In this document: positions 24,323 through 61,665 of the stretch, piece after piece
Layout: every line of letters begins with the position of its first letter
How positions within the stretch are numbered: position 1 is the first letter of the stretch
DNA from: the human T2T-CHM13v2.0 reference genome, Homo sapiens
Length of the DNA stretch: 64,000 nt
Assembly (NCBI RefSeq): GCF_009914755.1
Contig: NC_060934.1
Strand: one strand, 5' to 3'
Program-made: the position numbers and the translations under genes
Notes under the pieces: model-generated
The model's input: the letters and a program-made list of their open reading frames with translations, nothing else
Told to the model about the DNA's origin: nothing
Databases searched by the model: none

Positions 24323-27300
24323 GTGTAGAAAAATTGTTTCATACTATGTGGATTAAAATTAATTTGGGAATGGGCTCCTACAGGCCAAATCTGGGACAAT
24401 TTCAGCACCAAAATAATTAAATATAGTAATGAACTATAAATCATTGAAAAAATAGGAATTTGTGAGTGTACACTGTTAATAAGGTAAGTAAATAAAAAGG
24501 GAAGAAGGGAGTCCTCTTATATTGAAGTGCCCATTCCTGACTGGCAAAGTTGGAAAATCATTGTTCTGTAACAGTAACAACTAGCTCAGGCAAAAATCAT
24601 CAATGGATGCAAAATCGAGGGGGAAATTTGAATTAGGAGCAGGATTTGAATGATTTTTTAAAATGTCTCCCCACAGACTGGTTATTAGTTATAAGGGGGA
24701 GAAAACATAAATATATGTGTTGTGGTGAAATCAGTTGGCGTCTAGATAGGCTGTCAAAACAAACATCACCAGTAAGAGACACATGGCTGTGGTCTAACTC
24801 CAGATATGACACTCTGAGGCTTACACGTCAACTTTTGTTGCACACATGGAAAACATCCTACAGCATCAATAAGTAATGGTAAGGGGGTGCAACAGTATGA
24901 AACATCATACAACCTAAGGATTCTAGCAAGTTTTCTTATGACAGGGATCTAATAAAAAAATACATTCAGTCTACAGAAATAATGGAAGCACATGAGAGAC
25001 AAACATTATTCTCCAAAATGGAACAATTCTATTAAACAACTTATGACAAAACGGAAAGAATATATATAAGAAATAAAAGTTGACTGAAGATAGTAAGTGA
25101 GATTGCTGGATCAGAGATAGACATGATGGGGGAAAAAAAGAAATTACACAAGGCCTAAAAGGGTTCAGCACAGTGCCTGATGCATAATAAATATTTTAAA
25201 ATTATTGGTCATTATGTTAGAAAAAAGAAAAAAACTAAAGTGGACACTTCTTTGTATGATGGTTCCCAAATCTGGGTCTGTATCACAATACACTTAAAAG
25301 TGCAAAATACACAAACAGCAGATTCCTGTAGGCCTACTCACAATCTCCAGGGGGTTATCATGTACCCCCTGATAAGGACACTTCATCTCTGTGGTATTCT
25401 TCTCAAAAATCCAACAACCCCAGCCTAGATGAAGCCAAAATGAGTGACATTCAACAAAATACCTTAGTCTCAAAACTGTCAAGGTCTTACAAACAAGGCA
25501 AGACTGAGCAACTATCGCAGGCCAGAAGAGACATCATGATTAAATGCAGTGTGGGATCCTGGATCGGATCCTGAACACAAATAGGACATTATGAGAAAAA
25601 CTGGTGAAATCTGAATACCAGTTGGAGTTTAGGGTAATGTGATATTCACAGCATTTGGAGCTACGTACCTAACATTCATAACGTAGTAACACACCAGTGT
25701 TGGTTTCTAAGCTGTATCAAATGTACCATGGTATTATATTACCCTTAGGAGAAACTGGGTGAAGGGTATATAGAAATGACTGTCTTTGCAAATCTATAAT
25801 TCTAAAATTCTATTCTGTAATTCTGAAATTATTCTTAAATAAAAACTTTTCAACCTGATGAGAGGAAGTAGAAAAAAAATCTTTATTAAAAAGAAAATCC
25901 AGGAATAGACTCTAGGTACCCATATTACAAGTTTTTCAAGTGATTTGATACATACAAATTCACTGCAGTCTTGGTCAACGGTGTTATTAAATTATAGAAT
26001 TTGTGGGATAATGAGGCTCCCTGTGTTGGCTGAGACCTATGAAAGGCTTGGGCATCTTCCATATTAGATCTAAGTTAATCAATCCCTGAAACCAAAATGA
26101 AAACTGCAAATTATGGCTACCAAGAGCTTCTTAGCTGTTAGAGAAGCATGGATACTGACAAAAGCAAAAATAATTTTCAATATATTATTAAAGTATCAGC
26201 ATCTATTGCAATGATTTAACACTACTGAAAAGCATTTTCATTTAGATGATGCCTCTCACATGATGTACTTTCAGGGACTGTCATTTAATCCACTTTATAG
26301 TCACTTAAGCATTCAAGTATGTTTGCCTGAAAACAAAGGCAACTTCTTGAAACATTTCAAATGCGTTTTATATTACTATTATATGTAAATGTGAAACTTG
26401 TTCTATTTGTGAGAATCATTATGTATGTAAAAATTCAAGGATAATTATCAATTTTTAAAATTCCACATTCTTCTTAAACTTACTCTTCTGCACATTCTTT
26501 CAAAATTTTCCTTAGAGAAATGAATATCACCTGGTTCTGGTCTGCATTGAATTAAGCTATTTAGATTTTATGGATCAGGTAAGACCCAGTTAAGAATCTG
26601 GTAGTTCTGAACCAGCTTGAAAAGGAAGTTATAACACAAAAAGATCAACTAACTAAACACTGACCACAGAGTTTTTGGGAAACCGTCAAAGAAACTGAGA
26701 AATTTAATGTAATATATGAATTGCTTAAAGCCCTTACCCCCTGAACTTGGAACTCAGTACATCTAAATTAGGACCCAAGAACTGCATTTTCAAAAGGCCC
26801 TGCTGGTGACTCAGATGCAGATCTTCCAAGGGTTACATCTGGAGCATTGGCATGGGGCCAAGAATACAGGCTTGAAATCAGAAAGACCTGAATGCAAATT
26901 TTGACTCTGCAAATTTTTACCTATGCAGCACACAACAAACTACTCCTTTAATCACTGAAAAACTACTAATACCTACTACAGGCTATGCACTTTACTTTTC
27001 TAAGCCTCTATTTCCTTATCTATGAAATTGAAGGTTTGTAAGAAGTAAATGAAATAATATATGTAAAACACTCAGCTCAGTACATGGACTACAATAAGCA
27101 GTCAGTGTTAGCTGTGATTACCATTAGCATCCCTTATAAGTTTCAATGGCCATCAGAAACTGGCCATCAAAATAGATTACATGAAATAAAACAGCTTTCA
27201 CTAGAGAAATGACAAAAAGTTAAACTCTGCCCTCAGATGCAAAAGCTTCATTCTGGCAGGAAATTCTTATGTCCCTTGCTATTCAGTGACAAAGAATATG

Positions 27301-27433
27301 GCTCTATGGTAGTCTGGACAGTATGAATCACAAAATGACTCACAATATTTCATAAAGTCATCATTAAACTGATTTTAAGGTGAAGGAGTGCAGCTATAGA
27401 TAGCAAAAAAGTGTAAAAAGAAAATCTGCACTA

Positions 27434-32523
<5,090 letters not shown>

Positions 32524-33577
32524 TGAAAGTTGGTTGCCTCCTAACTTCCACCAACAAAAAATTATTCAGAACATTGTTCAGAAAACATTATTCAGCACGA
32601 TAACTGGAACAACATCAAATAACCTAAAAGAATGAAAAGTATACCATTAACAATGAACTAATGGAGGCAGTCAAAATATCAATTACCAATTACAGGTCCA
32701 AAGATAAACACAGCAGATATATGCACATAATCTTTATATTCATGAAGCCTTCTAAAAAGAATAAAATCTTTGTTCTTGGCCATTTGGAAAGTGCTGCTAC
32801 CTAGATCTAGGGAATCCAACAGTCAACTTCTTCAGAAGAACGAATGAATTTCAATTACAAACCCAAACTGTTGCAACATGAAAAACTGTTCCACCAATTA
32901 GGGATATCGTCCAATTCTAAAGGGAGAAATTCACAGCTTTCAGCATGTCTATGTCAGCCATGAACTTTGGAGTAATGGAGCTGTCCACAAAACTCAAAAA
33001 GCCTGAAAAAACTAAGTAAAATAAGAGCCTGGATTTTTCCACCAATTTATTTAGGGCCACTAGCAACCAGGAATGATTTAGAACAGACTATATTTTAATT
33101 TAGTTTGAACAAACCTAAACATTCATTTTTAAACACAAATATTCATGTGAGTGCTAGGTTTCTGGTAAAATTTATTTTTAATTAAAAAATATGTTTAATT
33201 TATATTAAAATCAAACTTTTTCTGACAAATAAGAACGTTAAAAATGATCTGGATAGATCATCTAATTCTTTCTCCATCATAATGCACTGTTTTTCAAAGA
33301 TGCAAAATATTTTGAAAAAAATAAAATTCAGAAGGACAAGTAAAATTATTTGACAATTAAAATGTAACTGGTTGCTTAATGAGGCTCTTTAATTTGATCA
33401 GTTACCCTTTTTGACCAAACATCATGGAAATATGGGTTTAAACAATTTTTTTCCAGTTGGATTTATACCAAAAAAAAAAAATTTCATATAATGCAACTAG
33501 ATACATTTTACATTATTTTTAATTTTCATTGACCCACAAAAAGGATGCTGATTTCCCCAAAGCACCTGATGACATAC

Positions 33578-33731
33578 TTCAGTTCAGGTAATCCACTGAA
33601 GATTTCTTTGCGGCTTAGTTCAGAAATCCCATTTCCAAGAAATACTTTTGTTCCATCAAATTCTTTGGCTCCTTTCTTACATTTTCCTTTAATATCAGAG
33701 TATACAGAAATAACATCTCCAGCTTTCATAA
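33578..33731 (-). CDS. NSUN6: NSUN6 coding exon (probably exon 5), PUA domain, (F)MKAGDVISVYSDIKGKCKKGAKEFDGTKVFLGNGISELSRKEIFSGLPEL(K)
   Basis: 154 nt, overlapping ORF 33526..33729. Acceptor CTCTAG| and donor AA|GTATGT; phases 1 to 2. Confidence 0.96.
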
Positions 33732-35299
33732 CTAGAGAAAGAAGAAAATCAGATTACACTGATTTATACTTTGGCAGAAGAATCGTGAAAATTCTTTGAG
33801 CTAGATCGGTGATCTCTAGAGGCATCAATAGTGGGCATGAAGCAGTTCAAACTTGCTCATTACCTCAATCTTTAATAGAAAATCTGACTTTTTACTTTAA
33901 AATATTCCATAACAATAAAACTCACTAAAGAATCTTTTTCAGTGAAAACAAAGAAATCAAATAGCTTCAAAACATCCTACCCTCAACTGGAAATCTCAAG
34001 CTGAGCCAAATTATTTCCCCCAAGCCTTAAAAGATTTCTTATAAATCTTGACATCTCAGCTCAAACCTCAAAGTTCTAAGTTTCCTTCAAAAGGACTGTT
34101 CAAAAATGTACCCTAAAATCCTTCAAAGAAATATTTCTAAATCCCATAACCCTGTTTGTATTTGCTATTTTGATATGACAGCACGATTAAGGCAGACTTT
34201 AATGATAAGCATATATAGTCATTCATATATATATATATATATACACACACACATATAGGCACACATATATACGTGTGTGTATACACTTAGAATACCTTTT
34301 ACAGTATACAGTGTACAGAGTTGCTTTATATGGCTGATTAAATCCAGTTTGTGTAGGCATTTATTTTCTGTAACAACTCTCAGTGTTATTTATAATTGGA
34401 AATTATATTCCACTTCCAAAAAACATTTTTAAACCTAATCTATCATAAATTTATTTGGTCTATTACCTGACAACAATAGCGAACAGCCTATTAGCTAGAG
34501 CTAAGAGAACTGTTAAAATCATGTAGATCAGATGTCAACACACTTTTCCTGTAAAGGGCAAATAAATATTTTAGGCTTTGTAGCCACATAAGTTCTCTGT
34601 GGCATATTCTTCTTTATATGTGTATCTTTTCACAACATTTTAAAAAGGAAAAAACCATTCTTAGCTTATGGGCCACACATAAACAGACATGAGCCAGACT
34701 TGGCCAGGAGGTAGTAGTTGACCCAATTCTGATACAGATCAAATTATTCATTTCAAGGACACCATAACTGAGGCCCAGAGACGGAATACGTTTTCTACAG
34801 ATGAAAGCAATTGTTTCTTGATTTCAAGTCCAATAAGGTACCACTGAACCACAGTGACTAACTTACTAAGCATATGCAACACAGGTATGTCGCCAACTGG
34901 GTGAATACATTAAGAGTATCAAGTTTCATCCCAATGTTCAGAGTCCAGGTTCTGGATGTTCTCTCACTAATGACACAACAGCTTTCTGAGGTTTTAAGGC
35001 AATGCAGTCAAGAAAACAAAACAGAAGTTCATTGACGTACTCTATCAGTAATGATCCACTAAAACAACCATCATCAAATACATCCTTATTTGGAAGGAAA
35101 AAAAAAAAACCATCAGAAAACCTTATATGATGACTAGTTTGTTAGTCCTTACTGGATAAAACCCTAAATGCAAAGCTGGAAAAATACCCGACCAAGAAAA
35201 ATTTGGAATATATCTTAGTGACAAATCAATAAATTTTCCATTTGAAAATGCACATAAATTTTAGAGAACCTTAAAGACAAATCTAAACATTATACTTAC

Positions 35300-35409
35300 A
35301 TTGTGATGCTGACACAATTCCTGGGGCATAGACATGGGCTCCTCTTAAAACTGCATTGCCACACTGGGCTCCAACAATGGCTTCACACTGTTGTTTTTTA
35401 ATATTCTTT
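35300..35409 (-). CDS. NSUN6: NSUN6 coding exon (probably exon 4), start of PUA domain, KNIKKQQCEAIVGAQCGNAVLRGAHVYAPGIVSASQ
   Basis: 110 nt. TAG acceptor at 35410-35412 and T|GTAAGT donor. The GNAVLRGAHVYAPG segment is typical of a PUA domain; phases 2 to 1. Confidence 0.95.
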
Positions 35410-36431
35410 CTAGAAATGTAAGACACAAGAAGTTTAATAGTAACATACCTCCAATGCCTACCAATTTTTCCCGTGTTCTATCTGAACTCTAATGCCTCTT
35501 TAGTCTTAACTGTCCTGAATACATAAGAAAACGCTGAAAAGAGAGGCATACATATAGAGGAAACAGGAAAAAACAGCAACACGAAGATGGGCACTTGAGA
35601 GGAAGAAAAAAATCAAGAGGTCCATCTGCTGGAAGGCAATAAAGTGGCACCAGAAATTGCTTAATCATTTAACAAGCATTACTGTTTATCATAGCATTAG
35701 GAGAAAAATAGACTTTCTCTGTCTTCAAAGACTAAAATAGAAAAATACACAAGGAATTACAAAAACATTTCTAAAGTGGTAAATTGTTGCATGGTAAATT
35801 ATGAATAATTTAAACAAGACAGGAAAAGAAGATAAGTCTTTTTTCCTTCCTTTGCTGCCCAACCTTTTTGAGTCTTTTCCAATTTCTCACATTCATTTCT
35901 TAGACCACTAAAATCTGTACTACTTCTAACACTCAGGGTTCCAAAGATCAGGGACCCAATGTGATCAGCCCTAAATAAAAACCCTTAACAATGAGTCTCT
36001 AATAAGCTTCCTTGGATGTGCTGTCACAACTCACTGCTGGGGGAATTAGGTGCATCCTGTCTTCAATTCCATGATCGCCAATTCATCAAATCTTACTAAT
36101 TTTTCAGCTTTATACCCACTCCTTCCTGGTCCCAAACATTCTCATTGCTCATTCTCTGCCTACTTCTTAGAGGCTCTCCCCGCCAGGTTCCAAAACATGC
36201 GACCATCTCTACTCACCTTGCATTCTATCCCTTGGCAATCTCATGATTTCAATAATCACTCACAAAAACAATCCACAAATTCTAATGTTTAGCCTTTCTA
36301 GTTTTTTTTTTTTTTTTTTTTTGAGACCAAGTCTTTCTCTGTCACCCAAGCTGGAGTGCAGTGACGCAATCTTGGCTCACTGCAACCTCTGCCATCTGGG
36401 TTAAAGTGATTCTCATGCCTCAGCCTCCTGA

Positions 36432-36647
<216 letters not shown>

Positions 36648-36812
36648 TAGAGACGTCTCACAGTTACTTCAAACTCAACAAGTCCTAAACAATAGTCAGT
36701 TTTCCCTCATCCATTCCTCCACTCCTTGGCAGGATCCCAAATCTTTTCATCCTGTTTCCAATCTTGAATGAGACGTCATTATCTGCCCAGATAACCAAAC
36801 TAGATGCCTCAG

Positions 36813-37157
36813 TGTTACGGTCTGGATGTGTCCCCCAATATTCATGTGCTGGCAACTTAATCCCTAGTGCAACAGTGTTGGAATATGAGGCCTATTGGGA
36901 GCTGTTCAGGTCATGAGTGCTCTGCCCTCATGAATGAATTAATGCTATAATAAAAAGGGCTTGCAGCAGTGAGTTTGCTTTCTCTTGCCCTTGTGCCCTC
37001 TACCATGTACAGATGCAGCAAGAAAGCCCTCACCAGATGCAAATGCCTCGATCTTGGACTTCGCATCCTCCAACACTACAAAAAACAAATTTATGTTCTT
37101 TATAAATTATCCAGTCTCAGGTATTCTGCTATAGCAGCAAAAAATAAACTAAGACAC
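36813..37157 (+). mobile_element. MaLR LTR (MST/MLT1A-type)
   Basis: TGTTACGGTCTGGATGTGTCCCC start and TATAGCAGCAAAAAATAAACTAAGACA end. Confidence 0.75.
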
Positions 37158-37249
37158 TCAGCGTCATCTTAAAGTCCTCCTAAGCCTTCACATTGATTGA
37201 TTTAGGAATCAAGCTATCTTCTAGTTCTGATAGGTTTTGTGGGCGTATC

Positions 37250-38830
<1,581 letters not shown>

Positions 38831-39207
38831 TGAAATACTTTTCTAACTTTTCTCCAGGTTTGCAATTCAACTTTTGAAAAAATTTCTGAAACTTTTGACT
38901 GTCAGTTGATGTAAGAAACACACTTGATAAAAGAACTTATTTCAAGTTTTTATATCATTTGAGATCTTGATATAAGAAACTACACATACATGTCTGTGTG
39001 TGTGGTATCACACATAACATTTCATTAAATATTTTTACTATGTGCGATGCAATATATTATAAAACATCCCTTTTTTTTTAAATATTCATTGAAAACATTA
39101 AATTGATTTCACAAGTTACTAATGGGTCATGATCTCCAAGCAGTTTGGAAGACCACTACCACTATTATATTTCTAAAATACACATCTAATTTTTACTAAT
39201 AAAAAAA

Positions 39208-39499
39208 ATTTTTTTTTTTTGGGCGGAGTCTAGCTCTGTCTCCCAGGCTGGAGTGCAGTTGCGCCATCTTGGCTCGCTGCAAGCTCCACCTCCCGGGTTC
39301 ACGCCATTCTCCTGCCTCAGCCTCCTGAGTAGCTGAGACTACAGGCACCCGCCACCATACCCGGCTAATTTTTTGTGTTTTTAGTAGAGATGGGGTTACA
39401 CCGTGTTAGCCAGGATAGTCTCGATCTCCTGACTTCGTGATCCGCCCGCCTCGGCCTCCCAAAGTGCTGGGATTACAGGCATGAGCCACTGCGCCCGAC
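39208..39499 (-). mobile_element. AluY
   Basis: GCAAGCTCC, CACGCCATTCTCC and GTGTTAGCCAGGAT diagnostics. Confidence 0.9.
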
Positions 39500-40069
39500 A
39501 ATAAAAATTCTTTAGCTTCTAAAGTCTATGAAAAAAAAATTCCTTGGTACAAAAAAATCTTCATACTTCATATCTGCCTCTCCCAACTTCTTCAGTTTCA
39601 TCTTTCACCCATCCCCCAACTCTGAAAACAAATAGCCAAACCTGATCACTTTTATCAGCAGCCACCAATGTTTCATGCATTCATGTCTTTCCTCATGCCT
39701 TCTCTCTGCCTAGCATAACCTTGCCCACCTTAACAGCCCTTCGGCCTAATTTCTCCTCACCTTCAAGACTCAAATGAAATAATATCTGCTTAGAGAAAAT
39801 ATTTAACAATTTCTTTGTACTCAGTCCTTCCTATTCTATGCTCCAATAGCATTTAATTTATACTTCTACTGTGACTATCATAACAGTCTGACTTGTACCA
39901 AAGTCTCCTGACTTTAGACTATAGAACTATGTCTCATTCATCTTTGTAACACCATCACATCTCACATATAGCACAAATTCAAAAACATGTTTTGTGGAAG
40001 TGAAATCTGTAGTGTTAGATTTTATGAAAATAACATGGAGGGGAAAGGATGAATTCTGGAACAGAGAAC

Positions 40070-40560
40070 TGTGCAGAAAAAAGTTAACATAGTAGGCCTG
40101 ATCTGTTATCTTTGAAAAGCCTGCTTACAAGGCTGGCCCTTGACTGACATCTGGGAACTGAGATTTCAGGAGGTTTACTTATTAACTGCTAAGAGTGGCT
40201 CACTGTGCCTGAATTATTGAACAAACTATGATTTATAGTAAATACCAGCTTTCCTTCTGAGAATCCAGAATGTGGGTATGTACCAGGCAGTGGGAATCTA
40301 CATGATGAGCCCTGAATAGGAATCCTGGCAGTGAGTCTCATGTGGTCACAGCTCAGCACTGGGGGACTTCCTGTGGGAGTCCTGTGTGACTCCCCTGGAA
40401 GAGGACTCTGGAAGCTTGTGATGGTTTTCCCTTTGCTGATTGTGCTTCATATTCTTTCACTGTAACAAATCATAGCCGTAAGTACAAGTATGTGCTGAAT
40501 TCCCTAATTCCTCTTAGAGAATCACAGAACCAAGGAATGGTCTTGGGGATCCATAGACAC
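40070..40560 (+). mobile_element. ERVL LTR (MER68-like)
   Basis: TGTGCAGAAAAAAGTTAACATAGTAGGCCTG start, AAGAGTGGCTCACTGTGCCT, and a GGTCTTGGGG end block. Confidence 0.7.
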
Positions 40561-41541
40561 CAGGACTGACAATATAAAAACACAGTATGTCATATGCAAG
40601 TATCAATATTTAAGTCAGCATTGTTGAAAGGGAGTTTTTACTAGGAAAACTAAAAGAGCAAACGTAAAAGTTGGTGCAAGGCCATAAAATATGCTAAAAG
40701 CTTGATTTTTATTGAAATGTTTCCAAATAGAGTGCATCAACAACATTAAAGAAAGATTACGTTCCAACAGTTTAGTAATATAGGTTGGAGAAAAAAACTA
40801 TAAATACACCTAGATTGAGAGAAAAGTATTAGAATAGCTAAAAAATGAAGTAGCTAAGGAATTAAAAACAGATTATGGGAATGTCCTGTTAAGGAATCTA
40901 AAATCATGTATTTTTATCTATTTGGTATTTTAACTGCACATATTCACAACCCTACACATACTAACAACCCTACACCAAATGGAAGGTGATGGATGAAACT
41001 GTGAAACAGCACATGATATTGCTGCATGCCAAATACTTCTTTGCAGCAGGACTGCCACCTTTATTTAATCAGTAGTCCTTGTGCAACAGCATTTCTTAAA
41101 TATTCTATTGCAATAACCCTATTCACACATATATATATATACGAATGACACACACACACACACACACACAGACACACACACACAAAAATTGAAATCTTAA
41201 AGTGCTTGTTATGGATGGAATATTTGTGTCCCCAAAATTCACATGCTGAAACCCGAACTCAATGTGATGGTATTTGGAGAAGTCTTCAGGGGTAATTAGT
41301 TATGAGGGTAGAATGCTCATAAATGGGATCAGTGCCTTTATACGAGACCAAAGAGCTACCCACTTGCTTTCTGCAATGTGAGAATACAATGAGAAGTCAG
41401 CTATCTGCATCGCAGAAGAGGGCACTCACCAGAACCCAAGCATACTGGCACACGTCGTGGATTTCCAGCCTCCAGAACCATGAGAAACAATCTAAGACAG
41501 TACTGACATGAGTGACAAGGCAACTACAAAAGATGGAAATC

Positions 41542-45592
<4,051 letters not shown>

Positions 45593-46525
45593 GGCCGGAC
45601 ACAGTGGCTCACGCCTGTAATCCCAGCACTTTAGGAGGCTGAGGCAGGCAGATTACCTGAGATCAGGAATTCGAGACCAACCTGGCCAACATGGTGAAAC
45701 CCTGTCTCTACTAAAAATACAAAAATTAGCTCAGCGTGATGCCAGACGCCTGTAATTCCATATACTCAGGAGGCTGAGGCAGGATAATCACTTGAACACG
45801 GAGGTGGAGGTTGCAGTGAGCCGAGATCGTGCCATTGCACTCTAGCTTGGGCAACAAGGGCAAGACTCCGTCCTGGGTGGGGGAAAAAAAAAGATGGAAA
45901 TCGAGTAGGCTGAAAGAGAAGACAAATCCAGTCTCATCTGGATTTCAAGAGATTTATGCTGTTGAATTACATATTCAATTGTGAAAGAAAGGAAGAAAAT
46001 TAATGTTCTGGCCTGCTTGAACTATTTTAAGACTTTTATCAAAAAGGGAGGAGCACGAATTGAGAGAATACAGAAATTCTTTAAAATTACAAATTGATTT
46101 TTGGCCTAAAAAGTTCTACTGATCCAAATGTAGCCTTTACAAAATGCTGGTTGAGATGTTTTAAAGGCTCTTTTATCAAGACAAGTCTGGCATTCAGTTT
46201 TCTCCTGAAGTCATTAAATTACCAGACAAAAATCTTCTTCCAGAAATTAAAATATATTTCACCAGTACCTGAAATCTCGTCTTAAGTAAACTGAAGAAAC
46301 CAAAATTTTATTTTAAATCTCATTTCAAGTAAACTGAAGAAACCAGTAATTCAGTGATGCATTACTGTTAAAATTGTTTACTGTATATAAAGTTTAACTG
46401 ATTCATTTGTATTTTAAATAACTGTGATATCGAGCTTTTAGTAAAAAATCAGAGGAAGAAAACACCCTTTTCTAAATCCCATGGAAATGAAAAGGGGAGA
46501 AAAAAGAATAAAAATCTGAGGAGAA

Positions 46526-52553
<6,028 letters not shown>

Positions 52554-54729
52554 AAAATCTGAGGAGAAAATTCCATTTGCAATAAAACTAAGAAACAGCT
52601 ATAATCCCGATGATGAGAAATAACCGGCTGACAGTGAAATTTGAGCCAAATCTAGTTTCTCAGCAGGGTGTGGAGTCTCTGAACAGGACAGGCTCCTGGA
52701 GGCCTAATCAAATTATTACTTAGGATCAGGACCATACACTTAGTGGAAAAAAAATCAGAATCTAGGAATATCTTGTCAGTGTCCTGTTCAGAGGAGTCAA
52801 GTCTGAAAGAAGAAATAGATTGTCAGAAATGGCATAACCAGACAATCTGTTGTTTTCTCTAACAAACCTGGATCAACTATCTAAAAGCAGCCCAAGAAAA
52901 GAGAAAAGAAATACCAACCAACTTTGTTGCTCCTGACTTGAGTTAACTAAGCACAAATTAAACAAATAAGAAAGCCTTCCCCGCCCCCTGGAAAAAAGGT
53001 ATGAGCTGAAGCCTTCACAGAGACCCTCGGCTCTGCTCACCAGGACTACAGATGAGCCAGCAGAGAAGATTTGCAGTACTTCCCAGAAAACATATTTGAT
53101 TAGTCCCATAGGTATGCTCTTTCGCCCATTCTGGATCCTTCTTGAGCAAACTGCAAATGAGGATGTAACTGTTTCCATTCAATGCATGATAAGCAGAAAT
53201 AATTCATTCTGCATTCATTGGTGGCACACACATACACAAAAAGCAGAAGGCAGATTTTAAAAATGTAAACCAAACAAAAGGAAAAATATTTCAAGTACCT
53301 CTGTATTTTCAGAGAAATTAAAGGAAAAACCTCATAAAAGGGATAAAAGAACAAGGCAAACTAAACCAGCAGCTGAGAAAATAAAGGACAATAAAACCTC
53401 TGAATAAAGATTTAGAAGCAGAGATAAGTAATACATCCCTATGACTAGACAGTATTTTGAATCCCCATTTTAGAGACAAGAAAAGCAAAGCACAGACAAG
53501 ATAAAACTTATCTCCTATACTATTGACAAGAGAGCCACTTTGAAACAGAGCCCATGACCAAGACAGGCTTAAGAACAAACCGGGCCTGGTGGCTCACGCC
53601 TATAATCCCTGCACTTTGGGAGGCTGAGGAGGGTGGATCACAAAGTCAGGAGATTGAGACCATCCCGGCTAACATGGTGAAACCACATCTCTACTAAAAA
53701 AAATACAAAAAAAAAAAAAATTAGCTGGTCTTGGTGGCAGGTGCACGTAGTCCTAGCTACTAGGAAGGCTGAGGCAGGAGAATGGCCTGAACCCAGGAGG
53801 CGGAGCTTGCAGTGAGCTCCTGCCACTGCACTCCAGCCTGGGTGACAGAGCGAGACTCTGTCTCAAACAAACAAACAAACAAAACAAAACAAAACAAAAA
53901 ACAAACGAATGCAGAAGAAAAAGATCAGTGAATGGAGTTGAAAAATGTGTTAACAGAAAAAAAAAAGTTAAAGTAACAGGCTGGAGACTGCGGTTCTTAG
54001 AAAGGGTTGCTTGAGAGGATGGGTCTTGGCTAGCTAAGCAGCTAGAAACTGGAATGAGAAACAGTTCCCAACGGTGACATAAAACCTTCCCTAATGATAA
54101 ATAAGAGTGGCTCACAATTCCTAAACTCTGTACAAGGTACAAACATGTTTATTCGGAACACCTGCTTTCCTTTTGGGAGTCTGGGGATTTTGGTATGTGC
54201 TACGCAGAGGGTGCCTATGTGACCAGCCCAATAAAACCCTTGGGCACCAAGCCTCTGATGAGCTTTTCTTCTAGACAACTATTTTACATGTCACAATTAG
54301 GTGCTGGAGGAATTAAGCATGTCCTATGGGACCTCACTGAGACAGCCTGTGTTTGGTTTCTTCCAAACTTCACCCCATGCCTCTTTTCCCTTGCTGGTTT
54401 TGCTTTTGTATGCTTTCATGTAATAAACCTTAGCCATTAGTGTGACTGTATGATAGGTTCTGTGAGTCTTAGCCAATCACTAAACCTGAGGGCTGTCTTG
54501 GGAATCTCTGATGTAGGTAATATCTGTGCCAGAAACGCAGCACACAAAGTCCTGCTGCCTTTATAACAGAGAATACAGAAAAGGTAAGAAAAAATATTCA
54601 AAGAAATAATGGAAGACCTATGACTGGAAAGCTACACTGTGTCTCATCAAAAGCTAAGAGGAAATAGGCTGAGTGTGGTGGCTCACATTTGTAATCCCAG
54701 TACTTTGGGAAGCCAAGGTGGGTGGATCA

Positions 54730-59578
<4,849 letters not shown>

Positions 59579-60474
59579 TGAACCTAAATAAGTACAATTT
59601 TGCATCCTCATAAGGAGTGTAGTAACCTCCAAAGATCTGTGATTATGGTCTATTATAGTAGCAGCTAACTGGTCCAAAACTAAGAGATGATAGAAATCAG
59701 AAGAGCAGCTTCCTGGTAGGGTAGCTGAGTACAAGAGATGTTTCTGGGATAATGGAAATGCTCTATCTTGACTGGGGTGGGTCTTGGCTGCACAGTTGTA
59801 CATATTTGTCAAAACCCAACAAACTAAACATTTAAGATCTCTTCGTTTCACTGTATGTAAATTTCACCTTTAAACAACTGAATACAAGATGAAAAACTTT
59901 AAAAATTAAACTAAATAGAATGAGCCTATACAAATCAACTTTAATTGCAAAAATACATTCTTATAGTAAAAAAAAAAAAAACAAAAATATTACACATGAA
60001 AATTTCCTTTTATTTCCCCCCTCTCTCCCAATCTAATTTCCTCAGAGTTAACCACTATTAAAAGGTGGGTATGTTACAGCTTCCAGATGTTTTTTTACAT
60101 GTAAATAAATATACATAAATCCACAGTTGTGTACTTTTATTAACTGCAAAAAAAGTAATTATCCCAAGTATGGCAATTTGCTTTTGATACTTAAAAACTG
60201 ATCATAAACATCTTCTCTGATTGGTAAGTAGAATTCTCCCATATTAAAGGCCATATACTATCCCATTGCATGGACAAATCATAGTTTATTAAACCACTGC
60301 TCTATTGCTGCCCACTAAATTGAAGTTTTAACAAACTTCAATTTTAACAAAAGCATTTCTATATTTATTATAATTCTTAGGAGTTTAAAAAGACTTTAGA
60401 CTATAATTAGGAATTTTAAAATGCTCCATAGGAATAAAACTCCATTATAATCATTATACTATGAAAACTTATTT

Positions 60475-61186
<712 letters not shown>

Positions 61187-61585
61187 ATTTTACAAACATA
61201 TCAGCTATGAAAGTAGAAAACAGGTTACTCTATATTTTTGTTGCAGCTCAAAAAAGAGTTTTAATTTAGCACTGAAAATTCATATGAAATACAAGTAAAC
61301 AAATGAAATAAAACTTCACAGAAAGTGGGGGGGGGGAAACATCACTGCACTAAATGGACCTAAAATGCATTATTCTCAAGATCCTTGGGCCCATTCCTAG
61401 CCTTCTTTTGTATTATTTTCCATGACAGAGTCTAAAGTCTGCATTTATGAAGTTTTGAATTCCTGTTATCTATAGAAAGTTGCTAACAATGGAGAAACTT
61501 AGTATTATCACTGAACAATTAAAAAGCTCCCTGTGACAAACTTTTATTGAGAATAATATAATTTGGAAATGAAGTTCTTACAAAC

Positions 61586-61665
61586 CTGGGTCCAATAACA
61601 GGAATAAGTAACACATCTTGAAGGTCTGGATGTTGAAGAATAGGAACACTTAATCCATTAAACTG
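61586..61665 (-). CDS. NSUN6: NSUN6 coding exon (probably exon 3), QFNGLSVPILQHPDLQDVLLIPVIGP(R)
   Basis: 80 nt. Acceptor AACAG|CAG and donor AG|GTTTG. Manual translation matches the recalled NSUN6 protein, and the phase-2 end fits the next exon. Confidence 0.93.
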